NCBI GenBank assembly: GCA_964016885.1
Contig: OZ024761.1
Location: forward strand, 3,410,001 to 3,474,000
DNA: 64,000 nucleotides
Source of the DNA: Eledone cirrhosa
Lineage: Eukaryota
Reading direction: 5' to 3'
Each line of letters opens with the position of its first letter. The first letter of the stretch is position 1. The position numbers were made by a program, and so were the translations under genes. Positions 14,931 to 28,134 of this stretch are shown here, piece after piece. The notes below the pieces were generated by a model. The model was not told the origin of the DNA. It saw nothing but the letters and a program-made list of their open reading frames with translations, and searched no databases.

Positions 14931-16610
14931 TTTAAACTGAGATTTTCCAATCATAAGCATTCTTTTTCTAATCCGGATAAGAAATGATCTACTTCTTTAT
15001 CACAACTAATATGGTCTTTAAAAGAGAAAAATTTTAAATACTCAATATTTTGGTCCAAGCTTCGCAACTGTCAAGTCTACCAAAATAGCTCTATTTCTCC
15101 TAACTGCAATCTTTACAATACCGAGACTCTATTAATAATTGCTAATTATGGTAATTTAATTAACAAAAAAAGTGAATTATTCTCAAACTGCCTGCACAAA
15201 TCTACATCTACATTTCAAGCATCATATAAAATTAGGAAAAAACATTGACTAAGTGTGAAATGATATTGACTCTGAATAATAATTCTTGTAATGCTTTTAT
15301 TATTATTGCTATTATTAATATTGGATATAAGGTTTCTACCTAACCATAGAAATTGTTTACCTGCTCTCTTATACAATATGTTAATCTCTAGATTGTTTAA
15401 ATACACTTACTTTTGTATTTTTTAAACCTTGTATCTTATGAATTTGATACCTGTAATGTCTTCAGACTCGTAAACTGTTTTATTACTTTAAATATTTGTT
15501 TACGTCGTACGAAGATATTGTTTACATTTATCGTATAAAAGTTTCGTTTTATCTAAATTGATTAATAATCTGTACTTAACTTGATGTATAATTTTGAATA
15601 CAGTAAAATCTAGTTAAATCAAAATTATAACACTCTTAAGTGTATTTTTAACTTATAATTAATATTATATATAATTGATAAATATCGATTTAAATCTTAT
15701 AGTTTATATAAGAACTATACAAATGTTTATATCTAAATAAATCTGGTTTAATATCATATTTACTACATTTATAAAATTTTTAATTTTGATCTTTCTAACT
15801 AAATTATTGACTATATTTAATAATTTAAATATACTTTGATTACCCTTGGAATTATGTTAAATTATCTTTTTCACTTTATATTTGTTTTAATTTTGATATA
15901 ATACAATAATACAGGTTCTTACAAATATTATAGTCTAAAAATTTCAAGTTATTTAATTAATTGATTATTTCTAATTAACTTAATATTTGAAAAAAAACGG
16001 TCACGCATCATATACCTCGATTCTCCTTCTTATGTAATTATATGTTACCATACATATCTCACTTTCTGTGTTTTCATCTCTCTTTCCTTTTCTTTCTCTC
16101 CTCTAGTTAGCTCTCTCGCTCTCTCATTTGCTCCCTCTATAATACGGAGGTATACATATTTTATTATTTAAATTTTTAACAGTTATGTAGTTATATGTTT
16201 ATATTTTTCACTTGCCTTTATATATACTTATTATATTTATTATTATATATTTTTTATACACCTTTTCCTACGTACCCTCTCTATTATATGTAGTTTTTCA
16301 TGTTTCAACTTATGGTATATAAATATTGAGTTTTGTCATAACTAATCACTGCCAAGACTGGAATTGAACCATCAGCAGAGTCGAGGTATGCCAGACATCA
16401 ATTTATTTTATCTGATGAGGACGTATTGATGAAATAGCTCAGTACCTCTGAAATATGTATAATAAAATATATTTGATCACATGAATATCTATATTTATTA
16501 ATATTTTGAAGTAATATTAATAACTCCAGAAAACCTCATTGTTGAGTGCTTCTAATCTATTGTAAAACTTTATTCATTGATTAATCAATGAACCTTGTTA
16601 AACCTTTGGT
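14931..16610 (+). mobile_element. 5'-truncated Penelope-like element: GIY-YIG C-terminus (14931-15248), AT-rich 3' region and HHR
   Basis: FKLRFSNHKHSF..KK*STSLSQLIWSLKEK..CNLYNTE..LINKKSELFSNCLH, with one in-frame TGA at 14985. A separate [12 protein letters not shown] fragment lies at about 14600-14645. Confidence 0.8.
16404..16469 (+). ncRNA. Type-I hammerhead ribozyme motif
   Basis: TATTTTAT-CTGATGA-stem II (GTATTGA/TCAGTAC)-GAA-ATATGTAT-A-ATAAAATA. Confidence 0.75.
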
Positions 16611-16635
16611 TTTTTATATATATATATATACACAC

Positions 16636-17132
16636 ACACCTCTCCAAGACAATGTCACTGGACCGAGATCTTTAGCGCTACGTAGTAATACAGAAGACCC
16701 GCCTAGCCTATGTACAAAGCGAAACTTACAGTCAGTAGACACCTTTTAACCAAAAATACACCCACCATCCCACTACCCCTACTAAACCCACCCACCCCCA
16801 TAAACACCACCCTTTTCTCTGTAAAGTTATGTTGGTACCACAACATCCAGTCCTAAATAAATGAGGTCGTGTAGGTGTCACGACAAAAGAAACACACAGT
16901 CCACGCTGTAATGTGGCCGTGTAGGTAACACGGTAAAAACCTCCGAGTTCACACTGTAAACGTGGTTGGTGATGGGAAGGGCATCCAGCCGTAGATAACC
17001 CGCCAGACATTTCCAGACAAGACAACCAATCTTGGCTCAAGTGGGACAATTCCCGTCTCAACCCATGCTAGCGTGGAAGATAGACGTTAAACGATGATGA
17101 TGATGATGATGATGATGTTGATGGTGACGATG
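16636..17132 (+). mobile_element. RTE-clade LINE 3' end (last codons, 3' UTR, (GAT)n tail)
   Basis: Collinear with 45412-45843 and ends GACGTTAAACG(ATG)n. Confidence 0.85.
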
Positions 17133-17334
17133 ATATATATACACACATACATCTATAATGGCCGGCTTTGCCATATTAGAAATGAGGCATGTTTGAATAA
17201 TTGCAAACGAATCGAATATTATTATTAATATTCAAAAAACTCAGGTTACATTTATTGTATTCAGCCATGTAGAGTGAAAACATTTTTTTGTTATTTGAAT
17301 ATGGCAAAGCTGGCCATGGATCGCTCGAATATGT

Positions 17335-17418
<84 letters not shown>

Positions 17419-17458
17419 GATATTAAATAAATGGAAACTATATCTATAAAACCATATT

Positions 17459-17524
17459 TATTTCATTATATATATTTCAGGGATATCATATTAACAATAT
17501 GCTATGCCTTCCTCAGACAAAATA
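17459..17524 (-). ncRNA. Hammerhead ribozyme motif (CTGAGGA core variant)
   Basis: TATTTTGT-CTGAGGA-stem II-GAA-ATATATAT-A-ATGAAATA on the minus strand. Confidence 0.65.
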
Positions 17525-17597
17525 CAATATAGACAGTTTTATAGATAAATAGATTTGACATACCGTTCAACATCGACTTGTATTTGAAAAGTTGATT

Positions 17598-17634
<37 letters not shown>

Positions 17635-17739
17635 TCTACATATATATATACATATATATATATACTTATATATATATGTATACACATATATATATGTATA
17701 CATATATATACATATATATATATGTATACATATATATAT

Positions 17740-17772
<33 letters not shown>

Positions 17773-18800
17773 GTTTAACGTCTATCTTCCACGCTAGCAT
17801 GGGTTGAGACGGGAATTGTCCCACTTGAGGCAAGATTGGTTGTCTTGCTCGTATAGGACTGTCTGGCAGGTTTTCTACGGCTGGATGCCCTTCCCAACAC
17901 CAACCACGTTTACAGTGTGGACTGGGGGTTTTTTACCGTGTTACCTACACGGCCACATTACAGCGTGGACTGTGTATTTTTTTGTCGTGACACCTACACG
18001 ATTTTGGACTGGATGTTGTGGTACCAACATAACTTTACAGAGAAAGGGTGGTGTTGGTGGGATTGGGGGTGGAGTTGAGGTAGTGGGATGGGGTGTATAT
18101 TTGGTTAAGAGGTGTCTACTGACTGTAGGTTTCGCTATGTATAGGCAAGGCGGGTCTTCTGTATTACTGCGTAGCCCCAAAGATCTCAGTCCAGTGACAT
18201 TGTCTTAGAGAGGTGTAATCTTTTTCACATTTATTCTCCTCATTTAGTAGTCTCTCGTAGTGACACTTCCAAGCTACCTTCTTATCAGCATCAGTGATGG
18301 CAAGTACACCATCATCATTACGGACACACTTCCCCCCGACAATATCACAGTTTTCCTTGACACATTGCCTGAACAATCCTGAACACCTCGCGTTTTTGGT
18401 CCTCGCGTTGTAGAACATGCTTGAACTTTCTTTTCTCTGCTTCCCTTCTTGCAAAGTACACTTGTCTCCTAGCTTCCCTCCTGGCCACTTGATAGTCTTC
18501 TCTACTTCCCCCATCCCGCCATGCTTTCCAAGCCTGCTTTTTGGCCTTGATTGTTTCCTCCACCTTACTGTTCCACCACCAAGTTACTCTCCTCCTGTCT
18601 ATAGGTCTGCTCCATCCACAGATTTCATCTGTCACTTTCAGGAATTCCCACTGTTCCTCTATATTGTACGTCTCTAATTGCTCTTCCTTATTGTCAAAAG
18701 CATCAAGTAATATGCTTTTAAATTTGTTACTGGCTGTGGGGTCCTTTAACTTCCATATTCTTCTCCTCTGTTGTCGAGTACGTCTATTCCTTCCAAGTTT
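17740..18800 (-). mobile_element. Internally deleted RTE-clade LINE copy
   Basis: 18215-18800 matches the EN-RT linker at about 62180-62780 and joins directly to the family 3' end and tail (17740-18214). Confidence 0.85.
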
Positions 18801-18863
18801 ACGAACAAGTAATGGCATCATCAAAGGTATGCAGGCATTGAAAACTATATATATATATATATT

Positions 18864-18886
18864 ATCTATATATCTAAAATAGAGAA

Positions 18887-18919
<33 letters not shown>

Positions 18920-18965
18920 GACTCCCTAAAACTCGAGAACCACCTAACCGATTGTTTTCAAACAA
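18864..18965 (+). mobile_element. Possible non-autonomous Helitron 5' end
   Basis: TCTATATATCTAAAATAGAGAATG-(TCTG)n-..AAACTCGAGAACCACCTAACCGATT resembles invertebrate Helitron-N 5' termini; no 3' CTAG hairpin found. Confidence 0.4.
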
Positions 18966-19114
18966 TGTAATACCTATGGTCCTGTGAGTGTTTTGAGCAA
19001 AAAATATTTTAAACTTTCAATGCCCTAGGGACCGCATTAGGCGATTTAGCGTTCTCTCTCTATAATTCTTAGTCTTTCTTTTTAGATAGATACATAGATA
19101 TAACGTTGTACCCT

Positions 19115-19285
19115 TATAATTGTTTCTACTTTAGGCACAAGGCCAGCAATTACCCAGTGCATTACTGGTACTTTATTTTATCTACCCCATAAGGATGAAA
19201 GGCAAAGTCAACCTCGGCGGGATTTGAACTCAGATCGTAAAGGGACGTAACTATGCTGGAAAGCATGGCGTCCGACCCTCTACCG
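19115..19285 (-). mobile_element. tRNA-derived SINE (Deu/Nin-like core)
   Basis: Homologous to 8965-9127 and 60670-60850. Confidence 0.75.
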
Positions 19286-19358
19286 ATACTGCCAATCCAC
19301 CGCCCTTATAATATCTGTCCGTATGCCTGGCTGTCTGCATTACAACATTATGACGTAG

Positions 19359-19440
<82 letters not shown>

Positions 19441-19579
19441 TGTATATATATATATATATAGTGTGTAACGTTTTTCGAAATATTTAGTTCTGCGTTCACA
19501 GATTGATTTTTTTTAGTTTCAGAAGATCCCGTTAAGGGTGAAAGCAGCGATTCTTTGCTTAAACTTTAATCTGTTATTT

Positions 19580-19662
<83 letters not shown>

Positions 19663-20344
19663 TATATTCATGTACAGATATTTTTGCATACACAATATCA
19701 AAATATTTAACAAAAACGTATTTATTTCACGAGGCTCGACAGCAACAAAAGCAACAACAAAAAAGAGAGGGAACGCAATTACATGCTTTTGAAAAATCTT
19801 AATGGAACATTATTTGCCTATTCACCCAAGGCGACTTCACTTTTTATTAGGACTTCTGCATCAATTGGTGAACATATGACGAAACTGTTTGAGAAAGGAG
19901 GGATAAACATGCCAATCTATGTTTGGTATCCCGAGCAACGCCGGCCCATTCTGCTAGTATATATAATATATTTATAATTTATATAATATATATATATATA
20001 TATACAAACGAAATTCACAAAACCAGCACAATACCAGCAACCATGGAAGGCACCACACAGACCAGACAACAACAGAAGATTGACTTCAACCGCCACATAT
20101 TCAACGACCAATCAAACAATCCCGTGCGCATGGGTGTACAGATTTGAACACCCAAGCGAATTTTCATGGGAAGAGGTGCCCACGGTCTCCGGATATGAAA
20201 CGACATTACAATTCACACCGGACGACAAGAGAAACTATTTCTACAAAATACTATCTAAATACCCAAGCATAGTCTACCATCCATCAAACATGCATTCCTT
20301 CCAAATGCTGAAATCCTTAATGAAAAACAAACCCCAGTCGCTCT

Positions 20345-20660
20345 CCGACAGGTTCGCGTTCGTACCCTTGGCAGTGGAGATTTCTGGCGTCCTTGGCCCT
20401 AGAGCTACTTCCCTACTCACCACCATAGTAGCTGAGCTGGCTACCTATAGCAGTGGAGACTTCTGGTGTCCTTGGCCCTAGAGCTACCTCCCTACTTACC
20501 ACCATAGGCACAGAGCTGGTCAGCCGCAGATGTGAGCCTCTCGAGATGGAATGGCTCTTCCAGCGCATCTCCCTTACCATCCTCCGAGGAAACGCCTTCT
20601 CCATTCTGTCCGCCGGGGCTGTGGGGAGGTCAGCACGTGGGACCCCATTTGCTCACCATA
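20345..20660 (+). mobile_element. RLE-type (CRE-like) retrotransposon C-terminal fragment with an internal partial duplication
   Basis: RFAFVPLAVEISGVLGPRATSLL then ETSGVLGPRATSLLTTIGTEL..WLFQRISLTILRGNAFSIL. Confidence 0.7.
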
Positions 20661-20922
20661 CGGAGAGATGGGGAGGGCGTCATTTTCTAATTTGTCATTT
20701 TGTTATTATCCACGACAGTTTTATATAAGTGAATTGTAGCGTATATACAAAAAGTATTCAACCCATTCGGCTTCTGTGAATATCTCACCAAAGATAACCT
20801 ATGATGGGTTGTCTGTGCAACCAACAGACGGACAAAACCTATTACTACAACTAACAGACAAACTACATGAACAACAACTAAGCGATAATGAAGAGACACA
20901 ACTAACCAGAAACTCATATATA

Positions 20923-21047
<125 letters not shown>

Positions 21048-21080
21048 ATATATATGTGTATATATATATGTATATATATG

Positions 21081-21139
<59 letters not shown>

Positions 21140-21325
21140 GTATATATATATGTATATATATGTATATATATATATATGTATATATATGTATATATATATA
21201 TATGTATATGTATATATATGTATATATATATATATATGTATATGTATATATATATGTATATATAAATACATATATATATATATATACATATATAAAAAAG
21301 AAAATGTTCGCTCTACATGGCTAAA

Positions 21326-21742
21326 TACAATAAATGTATTCTGAGTTTTTCGAATATTAATAATAACATTCGATTCGTTTGCAATTATGCAAACAAGCCT
21401 CAATTTTATAGCCATGTCAGTAGAATGAACACTTCATTCTTGCTCTTGTGTTGGCATGTGAACAGAACTGCAGACACTAATGTTTCTGGGTATCACCCTT
21501 CATCAGTACAGATCACTGTTCAGCTGCCAAACTGTCAGAGCTAGCGAAAATATATGCTATTTTCAAAAATACCAGTCTGGCTGATCAGTCAGATCTGCAT
21601 ATTAGCAGTGTCTGCAGTTCTGTTGACATGCCAACACAAGAGCAAGAATGAAGGGTTCATTCTACTGACATGGCTATAAAATTGAGGCTTGTTTGCATAA
21701 TTGCAAACGAATCCAAAATATTTGAAAAACTCAAATTACATT

Positions 21743-21747
<5 letters not shown>
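21326..21747. mobile_element. Inverted-arm cassette with HHR-like core
   Basis: Arms at about 21326-21480 and 21606-21747. Minus-strand CTGATGA-A-GGGT(GAT)ACCC-A-GAAAC at about 21482-21506. Same family as 60385-60920. Confidence 0.65.
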
Positions 21748-21779
<32 letters not shown>

Positions 21780-21900
21780 GGTGGTGAGGTTTATTGTAGC
21801 ACAATAAAGCAATGCAAATATCGGATAAGTAGCACTCTACAGTTTGTAGGACTGGAGTATAAATAATATAAGATCAAAAGATGGTTAAAAGAGTTCCAAG

Positions 21901-21971
21901 TATTTTATTATGCGCATTTCAAAAACAAATATCATCATGGGATGATATCTGCGTTCTCATCAGATAAAATA
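21901..21971 (-). ncRNA. Type-I hammerhead ribozyme motif in PLE terminal repeat
   Basis: Same as 14284-14354, with an improved stem II (ATATCATC/GATGATAT). Confidence 0.82.
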
Positions 21972-23135
21972 GGGAGACATGATATGAAGCTTAAAAAACA
22001 CTTGTGAATAGTGAAGATTTAAATCAACATATGAAAAATAAATTAAGATGGATGTATGAGATTGGGAAAAAGTGCGAGGGAGGGAAAAGGTAAGGAAAAG
22101 GAAGAAATAAGAGTAAAGGATGGTGGGGGAGGAATATAAGAAGGAAGGATGAGATAGGAGGAGAAATGGGTGATAGAGAGAGAGAGATAGCCTTTACAAC
22201 TGAGAAAATATTGTCTCACAGAGAGAAATTTAAAAACCGTTGGAAGATAATAGATAATTTAAAAGATTTTGAAGTTAAAAGTTTATGAGGTTTATGCATG
22301 AAGAAAAAGGAATTAAGAATAGTATTAAATTAAGGTTTGTATATTGAAGGGTTTAATAATATGTGCGAAGAAAAGAATCTATTAATATGTATTATTAAGA
22401 TAAAAATATTAATGATATTAAGGATATAATGTGAAAAGAAGGAGAAGAATAAATGAGTTATGAATTTAGAGGAATTAGTTAGGGTTTAAGTTTGTTTTTA
22501 TGTATTGTAATATGTATACGTAAATAGTATGTTTAAAATGAGCATGGAAGGAGAGAAGAAAAAAGAATGTTTAAGGAAGAAAATATCTAACGTCAAAAAG
22601 TATATATGTTTACGAAATATTTTCTAACGGTAATATTATAATATATTAAAAAGAAATTAGTTGGGGTTTAAGTTTGTTTTTATGTATTGTAATATGTAAA
22701 AGTAAAAGTTAGTAATGGGTTTAAAACGAGCAGGGAAGGAGAGAAGAGAGAAGAAAAATTTAAGGAAGAAAAAAAAATATCTAACGTCAAAAAAGTTTAT
22801 GTTTACGGAAATCTTCTAATGGTAATATTATAATGTATTAAAAAAATATAGTTTTAATGGCCAATAATATGAGGAAAGATGGAAGAATGGATAATGCTGT
22901 AGTGAGTAATAATATGAATTGAGAAGTAATTGGGAAGAAAAAGTACAGATTAGAGATTAGAAATTAAAAAAGAAAAAAAGGAAGAAAGGAAAATGATAAA
23001 GAAGAATGACATAGAATGAGTAAATTGTAATATATAATATATAATACTGAAATAAGGTAGAAAGATGGGTATATTTATAAAAGATATATAAGCCTTTGTG
23101 AAAAGAGGGTTTTAAACTAATAAGGTATTGAGATA

Positions 23136-24320
23136 TTAGCTGTATACTTTATGGAATGTTCTATGGAATTTATGCAAGCAGAGCGAAAATAAATCTGTGC
23201 GTCTATTTATTATAGAATTGAAATTAGATATAATGGTAAATTTCTCGGCTAGGCAGAGATTACATGTTCTGGATAGGGAAGAATTCAGGTAGGGAAAGGC
23301 GGAGCAAACCTTCCTCCAAGAGATGTTATAGTTAATATTTTTGTCTTTTAAGGACCATATGAGTTCCGAGAGTGCCGTGTTAGTTCTTTTAAGTTGGTAT
23401 TTAAAAGACGATTTGTGATTATAAAATCTAACTTTGAAGGAAGTGGAAGTGGAACCGAAATAGGTAAAAGAATTAGTATCAGTTATAACCTTACATTCAG
23501 AGACTACGTTTTTATCAAGACAATGGTTAAGAGGTCATTTAGTTTTATTAGGGCAATTACAATTACGATTAAAGAAATTAACAGAGTTATTAATAAGTGA
23601 CCTGGTATTATTTATAGAAGGAATTGGAATGGAGAAGTTATTTACAATAGGAACAATAGTTTCCTGATTTAGATTGGTGTTATGAACATTCAACGAAGTT
23701 ACGTTTGACGTCGTATTTAAATTTACAGAATCTAGCCTAGAGTTAACTATGACGTCGGGTATACAACTGCTATTATTATGACGCTCAGTGTTGGAAGGAT
23801 GTAATTTATTATTTAATATTTTATTGTTGTGTTTAGAGATAATGTTAGAGATGTAGGAAGTGTGTTTGTTAAAGATTTTACTATAGATATGTGAGGGAGG
23901 GAAGCATTTATCTAAGGCCCTAAAGAATAGTTTAGGAATATTATTATTAATAGATAGAGAAAAAGGAGCATTAAACCAGATTATATTTTTGTATCTAGGT
24001 CTTTTATTTAAGTTATTGGAATGTTCATAATTAATTATTTTACTATAAGACCTTCGATGATTGGTTTCCTTACTGTATTTAATTTTATCAGGATAACCGG
24101 CTTTTGAAAGCGCATTATTATAGTAATTGGCATTGGCGTCGAAGATATCTTTATTAGAGGATAGATTTCAGATTCTTTTTTCAATATTACTGACTATAGC
24201 ATTTTTAATGTTAGTGGGGTGGTTAGATTTAAAATTAACATAATTTAGATTCTCGTTGTTTTTATGGTAAGGGTAATATAGGCCAGTGTCAAGATTAAGG
24301 GATATATCCAAGAAGTTAGC
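23136..24320 (-). pseudogene. PLE RT-thumb/GIY-YIG reading frame, 395 codons, two in-frame TGA (24168-24170, 23535-23537)
   Basis: Manual translation: no frameshift and no internal TAA/TAG. Confidence 0.8.
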
Positions 24321-24694
24321 TAGTGTTCATGTATGTGCAGTGTGTAGGTTTGCAGATATGTGTTTGTGTGTCTGTGTGCGTTTGCGAGTATGTATGAGGC
24401 GGGCGTGCAGGTATGTGTTTGTGTGTTTACAAGTATATATGTTTGTGTGTCTGCAAGTATATATGTGTGTGTGTTTCCTAGTATATACATATATGTGTGT
24501 TTGCGAGTATATCTACATCTATGTGAATGTATATTAAACATATATAAAAATATATATTAAATATATTAAATATATAAAATAATATAAAAAATATATAAAA
24601 ATTATAAAATATAAAATATATATAAAATATATAAAAGATAAACTATATTATATATAAATACACATATATATACATATATATATATATACATATA

Positions 24695-24817
<123 letters not shown>

Positions 24818-24869
24818 TTATATATAGAGAGATATATATATTTACATATATATATATACATATATATAT

Positions 24870-27477
24870 AGTAATAAGAATATTTATATTTATATATGTT
24901 TAATACAATTATAAATATGGAGGGTAGTACTTGCCGGTTACCGGTATGACAAAAGGCTCAATGCAAATTATCAAGTGTAAACAGAGCCGAGATACAAAGT
25001 GTTAAAACGATCAAATTTTAGTTTAGAACATTTATTTGCTGACAATTGTTTCTTCCAGGAGGAAGTCTGAGATCATCGGAGCATAGGGAATGTCAAAACA
25101 TGTGACTAAAATCCTAGTCATTCAGAACATTTAGGGTACATAATTGTCATATGGAGAGTTAGGAGTTAAAAAGGCAGCATTGGTTGAAAGTGTAAGAGGT
25201 ATAAGCAAAAAGTACAGGCAAAAAATTATAAGCAAGGAAAAATGTAGGATAGGATAGACATAAGATATAAGATATAAGATATCTTAACATTGGAGAACAG
25301 TTAATGTTATGGGTGTACAATCCAGATCTGACATTGGTATTATTAGTAAAAACAATTTAGAAAAAAAAAATTTAGATAAAGCAATTCCCCGGCCCTAGAG
25401 ATAAAATTAAATTTAAACCTAAATCGTCAACCACCCATAGACAACCTAATATAATTTTACACAATATGGCCATGAATAAAATAAAATATAATCATAGTAT
25501 TGAAAATCCTGACTCCTATACAGAGGACATCAAAAAGGTTAACTCACACCACAGCAATAATCCTAGGAAAACCCACAGAAAGAAAAATATAGATAAGAAG
25601 GTACCTAATACCACACAAAACAATAATATGAATAACAGCCATAGGAAGAATAGAAGAAGGAGTAACACATTTTTAATCCTCCGTTCAACTTAAATGTTTC
25701 AACAAACATACCTAAAGCTTTCTTCTCTACTCTAGACAAAAACTTCCCAATTAACCATAAATACCACAACTTATTTAACAAAAACACAATTAAAATCTCC
25801 TACTCCACCACACCTAACATAGCAGACCATATAGCCAGCACCAACAAGAGAAAGATTAAAAAGTACTTCAGATTTCACCAAAGTAATAATGTCCAGTATA
25901 GAAATAACCTGAACAATAACACAGTACAGGACCATACAGCAAGTCACACTAATAATACCAATAATAATGGTAATAATAATAATACTCACCATAATCATAA
26001 TACTAGAAGTAGAAACAGCAACAACCACTCAAATTCATACCCCCTTAACCAGTATACTAGTTACCAAAACAATTGTAATTGTAGACCTAACAAGACATGC
26101 CCATTAAGTAAGAACTGCCTTATTAAAGACATTATCTACTCCGGTACTGTAACTGTTAATCACATCTCGAAAGTATATATAGGCTCAGCATCGAATAGCT
26201 TTAAGACCAGATATAATTCACACCTTCATTCATTCACAAACCCTAAACTTAGCAACGTAACCTCACTATCCACTCATTAAAATCAAGTAATATGCCATAC
26301 ACCTTAAAATGGGAAGTGATAGCTAAATCCCCTTCATATATATAAACACATTCTCACACATATATGTATACTTTATATTATATATACATATACTAACTAT
26401 GTAAAAACTATCTAGTTATAATAAAATAATTTTTAAAATGTTTTTAACCCCCTCCACACAAGTTGAAAAGATAACAATTATATAATTAATAATAATATTT
26501 TATATACTCTATAAAGATTAATTTATAACACTACTACAATAATAAAACAACCCTCAATTTGTCAGCAACCTTAACTACCTCCCTTTGTTATTAACCCCCT
26601 TTACAACTTCCTGTGTAAATTCATAAAATTAAGCAACCTAACGGTTTACCAACAGCTTAATAACGGTTAATACAACCCCTAGAAAAGATAATTTGTGGAT
26701 AAAAATGCCTAAAACAATACACCTACAATAACAACATGGCCTGTAATTCAGTGGAATTTACATTTAACAAATAAACACCTATTGACTATAAACGACTCAA
26801 AATAATCCCATGGTTAATAGCTGTGTGTTACAACCAACATATACGCATACATACGAACTACAACACAAAAACACTTGAATGAAAATCACATATCCAACTC
26901 TATTATGTGCTTTGCATTACACCTTACATAACAAATACCTACATTATCACCACACGCCTCTCTAACAAATTGCACACTACCTTAAACATTTCTAACAATT
27001 ATAACATGCTTTAACACCCCACACAAAATATGTTTATTTCAACTGCATTATAACTCTTTCCTCATACATGCCTTATTGATTGTATTGACTCCTGCATTGT
27101 ACACCCATAACATTAACTGTTCTCCAATGTTAAGATATCTTATGTCTTATGTCTATCCTATCCCACATTTTTCCTTGCTTGTAACTTTTTCCTTGCTTAT
27201 AACTTTTTTGCCTGTACTTTTTGCTTATACCTCCTACACCTTCAGCCAGTGCTGCCAGTAATTGTGTTCTCTCAAGCAGAACATCTTTATAACTCCTGAC
27301 TCTCCACATGATGCCTATGACACTAACAACAATTATGTACCCTAAATGTTCTGAATGACTAGGATTTTAATCACATGTTTCGACATTCCATATACTCCGA
27401 TGATTCCAGACTTTCCTCTGAAAGAAATAATTGTCAGCAAATAAATGTTCTAAACTAAAATTTGATCGTTAACACGT

Positions 27478-27480
<3 letters not shown>
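24870..27480 (+). mobile_element. Decayed Penelope-like element with inverted terminal-repeat copy at its 5' side
   Basis: Fragments SRSDIGIISK, FNPPFNLNVSTNIPK..FNKNTIKISYSTTPN and CNCRPNKTCPLSKNCL..IIY..VYIGS..FKTRYNSH. About 24999-25321 is inverted relative to about 27097-27474. Confidence 0.82.
25037..25083 (-). ncRNA. Hammerhead ribozyme motif (CCGATGA core variant)
   Basis: TGCT-CCGATGA-stem II-GAA-ACAATTGT-C-AGCA; partner copy on + at 27393-27439. Confidence 0.65.
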
Positions 27481-27537
<57 letters not shown>

Positions 27538-27807
27538 CATATACATATATTTACATATATGTATATATAAAAGAATCGTTGTAAAGACAAGAGTTAAGTT
27601 GTATGTGAAAATATATCTAAGAATATTTTGTCATAGAAGAAACTATCAATTATTGGAGAGTCTGAGATACACAGCCTCCGAATAAAAACAAATATTTCTC
27701 TATGTAAAAGATTAAATCTATTTAATTTCTCGTGTAAAGTTTACATTTCAGAAATGTGTAACTCAATGAAATTATGTCTGGTATTATCTGTGATATATCT
27801 CACTAGA

Positions 27808-27940
27808 GAAGGTGTGTGGCTGAGTGGTTAGAGAAATGAATTCACAATCTTGAGGTTATGAGCTCGATTCCCTGACCAGGCGATTCGTTATGTCCTTGAG
27901 CAAGACACTTTATTTCACGTTGCTCCTTCTACCTGGAGTT
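27808..27940 (+). mobile_element. tRNA-derived SINE with CORE-like segment
   Basis: A-box TGGCTGAGTGG, B-box-like GAGCTCGATTC, then TGTCCTTGAGCAAGACACTT. Confidence 0.7.
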
Positions 27941-28134
27941 GCGACAGGTAGTGTTAACAATTGGAATGGAAAGACCAATGGAAACATTGTTTCCTCGGTC
28001 TGATTTGACAAGCTCCACCCCACTGGTTAAGAGAATGAGGTATGGGGCCTTGTTGTTCGACTGTTACATATCTCGCTACTGTTTTACTGTTTCCTCTAAT
28101 CCGTTCAAATCTTGTATACTGCCATTTTGTTTTG

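Larger units (their letters stand above)
21782..24320 (-). mobile_element. 5'-truncated Penelope-like element (Naiad-like): RT thumb, Zn-knuckle, GIY-YIG, long 3' region, terminal repeat with HHR
   Basis: One frame (24320->23136) reads NFLDISLNL..SNHP..IIWFNAPFS..CNCPNKTK*PLNHCL..YFGST..FKVRFYNH..CNLCLAEK..INRRTDLFSLCLH. Its 3' end (21782-22032) is nearly identical to the 14053-14480 cassette. Confidence 0.88.
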
